Below, in pieces: positions 56,353-64,000 of a DNA stretch of 64,000 nucleotides. The DNA is taken from NCBI GenBank assembly GCA_964016885.1, contig OZ024752.1:22010001-22074000 (forward strand). The letters are read 5' to 3'. The translations under genes were made by a program, and so were the position numbers. The DNA is from Eledone cirrhosa. Its lineage: Eukaryota. The notes under the pieces are model-generated. The model ran no database searches, was not told the origin of the DNA, and worked only from the letters and a program-made list of their open reading frames with translations. Every line of letters starts with the position of its first letter. The stretch's first letter is position 1.

Positions 56353-57394
56353 AGAGAAAGTAGCGAGAGTGGTATTGAGAGAGAAAGAGGTGTAAATGAG
56401 TGTGAGAGAGAGCATGAGTGCGTGTGTTTTTTTATTATCTTTCCACCTGCATCCTTGGAGGTCTGTCCTGGTGTGATACAATGCAACATCAGAGTTTCTT
56501 TGATACTTTCATTCCACTTCCTCCTAAATCTACCTCAGACCTTTGACATGACCATTCTACTTCTTCCTAAATCAGCCCCTGGCCCTGTGGCGATATCCTT
56601 GTGTTATCTGGATAATAAACTGCTTAGTAGTTTATCTTGACACGATAAATCATCTTTTTCTTAAATCTGACTCTGGCCCTGTGACCAGAGATCTTTGATA
56701 CACACACATCTGATGGTCTGGTTGGTATGCTGTTATTCATGTGACATGTATGAACCATTATACTTTTTATAGTTGTGACAATTGTTAGTCTTGTCCTCAC
56801 TATTTTCTTGACTTTATCTCATCTGGTCTTGTTGACTGCTTTTCTCAAACAACACATCTAATAGGTTGTGATTTTGTACACTAGGAGCTTAGCTATGGCT
56901 CTGATTTGGTATTGGTGTTTGAATGTAGGAATATAGTATTGGTAAGTTTAGTTTTAGTTTCATGTGCATAAGAGAAAGGAATAGTAAGAATGCATGTGCA
57001 TGTGTTCAAATGAGACACACAACTTGCTTGAGTAAATAAAGAAGAACCAATTGTCAGAGAATGGTGCTTAGTCCTTCATGAGTCATAGGTTCAATTTTCA
57101 GTTGACTCAGTTCATTTATTGATTGAACCTCCAGTTTCCAGCTAGCGAATAGCTGCCACTACATCACATAAAATTGACTTGATCATAACATAATACCAGT
57201 ACTTTGGCAGTAATCCAATGACCCAGTATAAATAGGTATTTTTGCTTATATATGCGGTGCCCCAGCATGGCCTCAACCTGTCGGCTGGAACACATAATGG
57301 AGTAATATAAACTGGGAGTGAGAGAGAAGGGGGAGAGAGAGATAGAGTGTAAGAGAGAGAGAGAGGAAGAATATCAATAGTAAAATAAACTAAC

Positions 57395-57498
57395 CTCTGA
57401 GTGCCGAGAGACTGCTCTTTGGGAACGTCCAAATTGCAAACAAAACTTAGGTTACCATTAGAGTTATAGTTGAACAGCAGGGGACAGCAATCAAACCC
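57395..57498 (-). CDS. ARPC1: ARPC1 exon (GFDCCPLLFNYNSNGNLSFVCNLDVPKEQSLGTQ)
   Basis: ttgtag / gttagt boundaries; GxDCCP.LF motif. Confidence 0.9.
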
Positions 57499-57589
57499 CT
57501 ACAATTACAGACAAGATAATATAATAAAAATAATTCTTTTTAACATTAATCAGCATAAAGCCAGAAAGTAGAAACTCATAACTAAATAA

Positions 57590-58375
57590 TTGTTTCTACT
57601 TTTGGTACAAGGCCAGCAATTACCCAGTACATTACTGGTACTTTATTTTATCGACCCCGTAAGGATGAAAGGCAAAGTTAACCTCAGCGGGATTTGAACT
57701 CAGATCATCAAGGGAGGTAACTATGCTGCAAACCATGCCGTCTGACTCTCTACCGAGACTGCCAATCCACCAAATAATGCAAAATATTTTGTCTGACACT
57801 TTAATGATGTTACCCACCACCATAATAATTGTTTCTACTTTTGGCATAAGGCCAGCAACGTGAAGGGAGGGGAAAATCAATTAAATCGACCCGTGCATTA
57901 CTGGTGCTTTATTTTATCAACCTCATAAATTTGAAAAGCTAAGCTAACCGTGGCAGGATTTGAATTCAGAATGTGAAGGGCTGTAACTAAATACCACAAA
58001 GTATTTTGTCCAATTTTCTACTGATACTGCCAATCCACTGCCCAAATAATAATGATAATAATCGTTTCTGATTTAGGCACAAGGTCAGCAATTTTGGAGA
58101 GGAAGAAAGTTAATTAAATCGACCCCAGTGCATTACTGGTGCTATATTTTATTGACCCCATAATTATAATGATGATATAACAGTAATAATACTGATTTCT
58201 TTATTATTGCAAGAAGGGCAATAATAATTGTTTCTACTTTTGGCACAAGGCCAGCAATTACACCAGTGCATTACTGGTGCTTTGTTTTATTGACTCCCAT
58301 AAGTATGAAAGGCAAAGTTAACCTTGGCAGAATTTGAACTCAAATCATAAAGGGCCATAACTCTATGGTACAAAG
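57590..58375 (-). mobile_element. Cluster of tRNA-derived SINE copies (same family at 37960-38130, 48200-48570, 59355-59530)
   Basis: Reverse strand B-box GAGTTCAAATCCC followed by GCCTTTCATCCTTACGGGGTCGATAAAATAAAGTACCAG. Confidence 0.75.
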
Positions 58376-58586
58376 CAGTGATTAGCCTTATCACCTATGA
58401 TATTACAGAGTGAGCCAAATTCAGGTGGCATAGCAGATAAATTCCCATAAACGGAGTCTTTATGTGGTTGCTATTTCAGGCAAGTTGAGCAACCACATAG
58501 AGGCTCCACTGTTAATGAAGGCTAAGATCACACAACAACCATCATCATCATCATCATCATCATCATAATGTCAATAACACACTTAC

Positions 58587-58662
58587 TGCAGCCACAACGT
58601 TTTCTTCAGACAGCCAAGTGCAAGAAATAAAGGGAAGAAACTTTTCCTTCATGACAGCAACC
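58587..58662 (-). CDS. ARPC1: ARPC1 exon (VAVMKEKFLPFISCTWLSEENVVAA)
   Basis: ctttgtag / gtaagt boundaries; phases 2 to 0 fit. Confidence 0.9.
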
Positions 58663-59075
58663 CTACAAAGGAGAGAAAGATTTAAAACATAGATCTAGTC
58701 CAACCCATGCAAGTGTTGAAAAAAGGACGTAAGAACGATGATGATGAGATCAAGCATTAAGTGAAATTTCCTTTTTTTTATAAAAAAGCATAAATTTATA
58801 TTGAGAGGATAATGAAATCTTAGATAATTTACACAGCAAACGTTTTAAGACTAGCACATATGTTCCATTTTTGGCTTGGTTTCTATGACTGGATGCCCTT
58901 CCTATTGCTTTACAGCATATACAGGAAGCATTTGCTTTTCATCCTGACAAACTGTTTTGTACTATAGAATAAGGGGTGTTTTGTATCGTAGAGCAAGGTG
59001 TTTTGTGCCATAGAACCAGGGGTGTTTTTAGGTGGTTTCATATGACAAGGGGTTAACAATAAGAAAACTACTCAC

Positions 59076-59178
59076 TTTTGACCATTATTTGCATTTACCA
59101 CAGAAATACTGGAGTCATGGCCTATCCAGGCCAGTTTGTCTCCCTTCGGTGAAAAAGACACATCATGTACCCAACCGC
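59076..59178 (-). CDS. ARPC1: ARPC1 exon (GWVHDVSFSPKGDKLAWIGHDSSISVVNANNGQK)
   Basis: tttcag / gtgagt boundaries; conserved WD40 repeat. Confidence 0.93.
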
Positions 59179-59581
59179 CTGAAACAATAGGGGACAGATA
59201 GAATATATAACAACAATAAAGAACAGAGTAAATAACAATAAGGGATATATAGAATAATAGGGGACAGATATAGTAAATAACACTAAGGGACAGGTAGAGT
59301 AACAACAGTAGGGGAAAGATAGAGTAACAATAGGGGACAGATACATTAATAATAAATGTTTCTACTTTTACCACAAGGCCAGCAATTATCCCAGTGCATT
59401 TCTGGTACTTTATTTTATTGACCCCATAAGGATGAAAGGCGAAGTTAATCTCGATGGGATTTGACCTCTGAATGCAAAAAGGGCCATAACTCTATGCTGC
59501 AAAGAATGGTATCCGACACTCTACCAATGGAACCAAGAAAGAATGAAAGAGAAAAAATGTTGAAAGAAACTGTTCCATTAC

Positions 59582-59691
59582 CTCCACCGTTAGAATACTC
59601 AGCTAACAGGGTGCCAAAAATCATCTTCCCATCCCACCAGGGACTTCCGGAAGGTTTGCTTTCCACATCTTTTACAAAACCAGAGAAGATT
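59582..59691 (-). CDS. ARPC1: ARPC1 exon (IFSGFVKDVESKPSGSPWWDGKMIFGTLLAEYSNGG)
   Basis: tttccag / gtaatg boundaries; resembles the ARPC1 segment FSAYIKEV..PWG.KMPFG.L. Confidence 0.9.
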
Positions 59692-59854
59692 CTGGAAAGA
59701 AGGAAGATTAAAATGGTGACATTAATGGAATTTGGAGTATTTCAAAAAGTTTTTAATGGTAAAAGGTTCAAATTAAACATAAGATGTATATATTATATAC
59801 ACAAACGACAGCCAACCAACAACCATACAAGATGTATATATTATATACACAAAC

Positions 59855-60079
59855 ATGAATATGGATGTAGAAGAACAAAAAAGACATGTCTAAAGAAGAT
59901 GATGGAAGAAGTAGTAAGCTTAGTGAGTGGGAGTGGGGTGCAGACAAGGCCCTTGTGGGCCTCATGACAAACTTCTTTAATTTGCCTTGTCTGCACCCCA
60001 CTCCCACTCACTAAGCTTACTACTTCTTCCATCATCATCTTTAGACATGTCTTTTTTGTTCTTCTACATCCATATTCAT
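59855..60079. repeat. Intronic inverted repeat, 96-bp arms, 33-nt spacer, one mismatch
   Basis: 59855-59950 is the reverse complement of 59984-60079. Confidence 0.92.
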
Positions 60080-60270
60080 CTCCATCACTTTCATCCTTCC
60101 TCAACATATGACCCAGTCATCTCATTCCATTTATCTTCACAGGCTCTATACCCATCATCCTTTGCAATTCCCTGTCTATCTTTTATCTCATTCACCAAAC
60201 TATTCTCATTTCCATTCTTTCCCACCTATCTCTAATTGATATATCAAGGTAAAAATTAAGAGATACTTAC

Positions 60271-60330
60271 CTGGTTTTAAAGTCAGTGGAGCCACATGCT
60301 AGCATAGCATTGTTTGGATGCCAATCCAAA
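60271..60330 (-). CDS. ARPC1: ARPC1 exon (LDWHPNNAMLACGSTDFKTR)
   Basis: tatttag / gtaagt boundaries; LDWHPNN motif. Confidence 0.93.
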
Positions 60331-61329
60331 CTAAATAGAAGGGAGAGAGAGAATGATTGAATAACTATACTTGGTTTTTGATTGTTATGAATGTAAGGTG
60401 TTTGCATCCACATGACAACCATCCTAAGGCTGGTTAGCAATACGATAAAAGCACCCAATACAAGCTGTGGAGTGGTTGGTATTAGGAAGTGCATCCAGCT
60501 GTAGAAACCTTGTCAAACAAGGGGCTGGGAAAACCTTTCAATGACAACTCTGCACTTGGTAGAATGTATGACCGTACGTAAGCGAGATGCAGACCTCTCG
60601 GCCTGTCTGGGAGGTTAATAGTCCCACTTCAGAACTGATTTGGTCAATGTAGACCCATCCAACCCTTGCTAGCAGGGAAAGTAGATGTTAAATGAAGATG
60701 ATAATGATGAATTGATTTAAAACTATAAACGAGTTTCTTGTTTAATCCTAGATGTCATTAAATAATTTAACTTATAATAAACAATTTGGTATAGATAGGA
60801 TGAAAGATAATGGACAGCATCTATAGCTCTGATCAGCCACTTAATTAGAATAAAACCAGCAGGAAACCACACAGATCTATGCCAGTTAAATGACTGAAGG
60901 TTATAGACATTGTTATCCTTCGTTCTATTCATTTCCTGTTCTCTTATATAAAACAGTTTACTTTACTGTAACCTCAAACCCAACTCCCATTGTTAAACAT
61001 TACCATATCTGCTCAAATATAAATGTATGAGTTTATTTTCAAAAACTTGTCCATCATCATTATTTTACATCGATTGTTTCATGCTTGCATGGATTGGACA
61101 GGTCCTTCTTAATACAGCATCCTCTCCACTTGTCACATTCCTTTGTCATTTATGTGAGCTTCAGTAATCTGAGATCAGCTCTCACCACTTCCAATGCCAT
61201 TATATTTATATAAAATAGTTTTAAAACAGATGGGTACCATGTACAACAAGTACAGTGATCATGTAATTATGATCTATACTTCAAAAGTAGATTTACATCT
61301 TATCTGCTTACTACAATAAAACTATTAGA

Positions 61330-61570
61330 GCAGTGGTAAGGATGTTGGACTTATGATCATAATGTCGTGGGCTCGATTCCTGGTATTGTGTTCTTGAGCA
61401 AAACACTTCATTTCAAGTTGCTTCAGTATACTCAGCTGTACTGTAAATGAGTACCAGTAATTGCTAGGAGTTTAATCTTGCGATGGACTGGCATCCTATT
61501 CAGGAGGGAGCCTTGTACTCTCAGATGCTTCACGTTACAAAACTGGCATAAGCACTAGCCTGATGAGCTT
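61330..61570 (+). mobile_element. tRNA-derived SINE (second family)
   Basis: A-box AGTGGTAAG, B-box GGCTCGATTCC, TGTGTTCTTGAGCAAAACACTT core, GCGATGGACTGGCATCC body. Confidence 0.7.
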
Positions 61571-61721
61571 TTATTGTATTGATAACCAGCCCTAGGACAG
61601 TTGTCATGTGGTTGCAAACCTAGCCCTTAATAACTCCTTGGGCTTTAAAATATTGGTGTGTGTGTGTAGCTATTGTTAAATACCAAACTAATAGTAAAAC
61701 TAAACAAACCAAAGAACTTAC

Positions 61722-61839
61722 CATGTAATGGTAGAGCGAATTGGTTTCTTAATGTGTTTGCTCACCCACCAATTGTTCTCTTCTTCAAAGTAGCAAACTG
61801 AAATAAGTCTGGCCCCACTACCAACAGCAAACTTGTTTT
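61722..61839 (-). CDS. ARPC1: ARPC1 exon ([39 protein letters not shown])
   Basis: Diagnostic ARPC1/Sop2 sequence; tttcag / gtaagt boundaries. Confidence 0.96.
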
Positions 61840-62219
61840 CTGAAATCCAAAAAGAGAGCAAATTAAGCAAGATCAAATTCCTATGAGATATATTTTGCTG
61901 GTTTTGTTTTTGTACATTAAACCTTTTATCAAGCAGAAGGTAGATTGTATGATGCCTGCATGAAAAGCAGGATGATGCATGGTAGTGATGATATTCAGGC
62001 AGTGAATGCTGGAGAGAAATGAATTGTGCATGCTCTACTAGGGAAGTAATATTAATGAAGCATGGATGGAGAAGAGATAGGTATGTAGGAGTGGGAAGAT
62101 GTTTGCACATGAGGGGGAGAAGACATGTACAGAGTGAGGAAAGAGTCTAGGTATATACATAGTAAGGTGGAGTTCCAAATATTTAGAGAGAAAGAGAGAA
62201 ATGTGAGCAATATAAGTAC

Positions 62220-62325
62220 CATTAGGAGACCACTTTACCACTGTAGCAGACCGGTTGAAGCGCAGGATAACCAAAATGGGAGTCCACTTCCCATTGTTGT
62301 AATTCCAAACATAGGCATTACGGTC
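62220..62325 (-). CDS. ARPC1: ARPC1 exon ([35 protein letters not shown])
   Basis: ttacag / gtactt boundaries; DRNAYVW motif. Confidence 0.95.
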
Positions 62326-62665
62326 CTGTAAATAGAAACAAACTTTTAACATTGCAGACAATTTTGAACATATTTCTGTAATGCTTTATGTACCAAACTG
62401 CTTGAAACCATCCCAGTTTCTACAATCCCAAATGGTTTGATTTAAAGTGTTTATATTTTTTTGAAAACCTCCTAACAAAATTTTAAGTAAAAAAAAGTCA
62501 TGTTAAAAATTATAAGCAATGTATTTCATTAGAAACCATCATTATCAACATCATCTAACTTCAATAAGATATGATGATGATGGTAATGGAAGAGTTAAGG
62601 GACACACACACACTGTGTGGTATAGATGTCTTAGAACAAAAACAATTGATGGTAATGTGTGGAAC

Positions 62666-62696
<31 letters not shown>

Positions 62697-63109
62697 ACAT
62701 GCATATGCATGGGTGCAGCATGTTCAAATGGTTAAGAAATTCACTTTGAAATGACAAAGCATGAAGCCCAGTGGAAGTCCAAAGATAGATACATTCATAG
62801 ATAGAACAAATCATTAGAATTTAGGGGAAACATGTTTTAAAAATATGAAAGAAAATTATTGGAATTAAAGTAATGAATGTAAAATGAAACACAGCAATGG
62901 CCAGGGTGACAAAAAGAGAAGTCAAGGATAATTGAAGATTCAAGCATCCTTACATAGAACATTGTTATAAACCCCCATGATATTTGACAGGTACTATGTT
63001 AGTATATACATATAATGCCATTCTCAAGTACACTGATGAGTGCACTTTATAATGGAGCTTTGTTAAACCTGTTAAGATTTTCAACAACAGCACCAAAAAT
63101 GAAACTTAC

Positions 63110-63261
63110 CGATCCGCATGTGACAATACGGTTACTTTTTGGAGCCCAATCAATACTGGTTACTTTTTGTCCATGTTCCGTCATTGTCTCATACTCCTGC
63201 CAGCCTCCACCGGTCTTTTTGTAGACCTTAACTTCGGTACTGTTAGACGACAAAGCTAATT
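63110..63261 (-). CDS. ARPC1: ARPC1 exon (LALSSNSTEVKVYKK..EHGQKVTSIDWAPKSNRIVTCGS); the start exon lies beyond the window
   Basis: cccccag / gtaagt boundaries; IDWAP.SNRIVTCG motif. Confidence 0.95.
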
Positions 63262-63335
63262 CTGGGGGAAAAAAACGGAAAAACAAAAAAAAAACATTAC
63301 TGAATTGTTTTCAGAGAAGATTAAATAATAAGATA

Positions 63336-63545
63336 TCATCATCATCATCATAATTTCACGCCTGCTTTTCCATGCAGTGTATGGGTTGAATGGGTCCTTT
63401 CCAGCATAGCCTCGCTCCACTTAAACTGTTCCTTCATAATCTCCTCTGTGAGATTCATCATTTTAAGATCAGCTCTAACCATCGCTGTCCAGGTTTTTCT
63501 CAGTCTTGCTCTACTGCAGCTTCTTTCCAATGGCATATCTTAACT
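63336..63545 (-). mobile_element. RTE LINE 3' end with (ATG)n tail
   Basis: RARLRKTW..MVRADLKMMNL..W, followed by the CATGGAAAAG..GTGAAATTATGATGATG tail. Confidence 0.75.
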
Positions 63546-64000
63546 TTACTCAATGAGTACCAGCAGCAACAACAATAGTAGCTGGGTGTTAACCATCCAA
63601 CAGATTGGCATCCCGTCCAGTAGGTGGGATTATTTCACCAGCATTGATGCCAAGCTAAATCAGCTTTAGCTTCTTTTCTTTGCATAACATCAGTAGCATG
63701 GTGAAGATGACTGATGGTCTTCCATAATGTACCTTGATTAGGATTGTGTTTTGGAGAAGGAGACTGGTGATCTTCCATAATGTCCTTCGTTAGGATTGTG
63801 TTTTGGAGAAGGAGACTGGCATACATGAATTACTCCTGGTCTTCCATAAAACACCTTGCCCAGGCTGGCATTTTGGAGGAATTTCCAGATGCAGCCCCAT
63901 GGCCAACCATAACTGAAGTGGGTATATAGACAAAGAAGAAATATTGCAAGTGAGTGATGTCAAAAATGGGCATGTGGTTAGAATGTCTCAAGAAAGAATG

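Noticed and set aside
54787-56489. Three 500+ aa minus-strand ORFs as a novel gene
   Set aside because: They arise from a stop-free minisatellite; only the last ~31 codons of one frame are genuine ARPC1 exon.
59461-59967. 168-aa plus-strand ORF
   Set aside because: Composite of SINE, antisense ARPC1 exon and hairpin arm.

Overview
Eukaryotic, repeat-dominated animal genomic DNA. The dense (TA)n/(CA)n microsatellites and the SINE/RTE tails suggest a coleoid cephalopod such as Octopus; this is inference. 1-11.3 kb is a palindromic (TA)n-spaced satellite, followed by a 48-bp minisatellite and a 1.4-kb (GGT)n tract. 15-44 kb is a graveyard of Penelope-like retroelements (RT plus GIY-YIG remnants). 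It is full of inverted repeats and carries most of the window's dozen or so type I hammerhead-ribozyme motifs, from several families. A non-autonomous Helitron and mariner, RTE, CR1 and SINE remnants are also present. Two host genes converge: an intronless glucokinase-regulatory-protein-like ORF (+, 44694-46445) and 11 coding exons of ARPC1 (-, 63261-51617; its first coding exon lies beyond the window). One ARPC1 3' splice site is amplified into about 28 tandem copies, and another ARPC1 intron holds a near-perfect 96-bp hairpin. Most ORFs in the supplied track are microsatellite artefacts. All motif calls and copy counts were made by eye.
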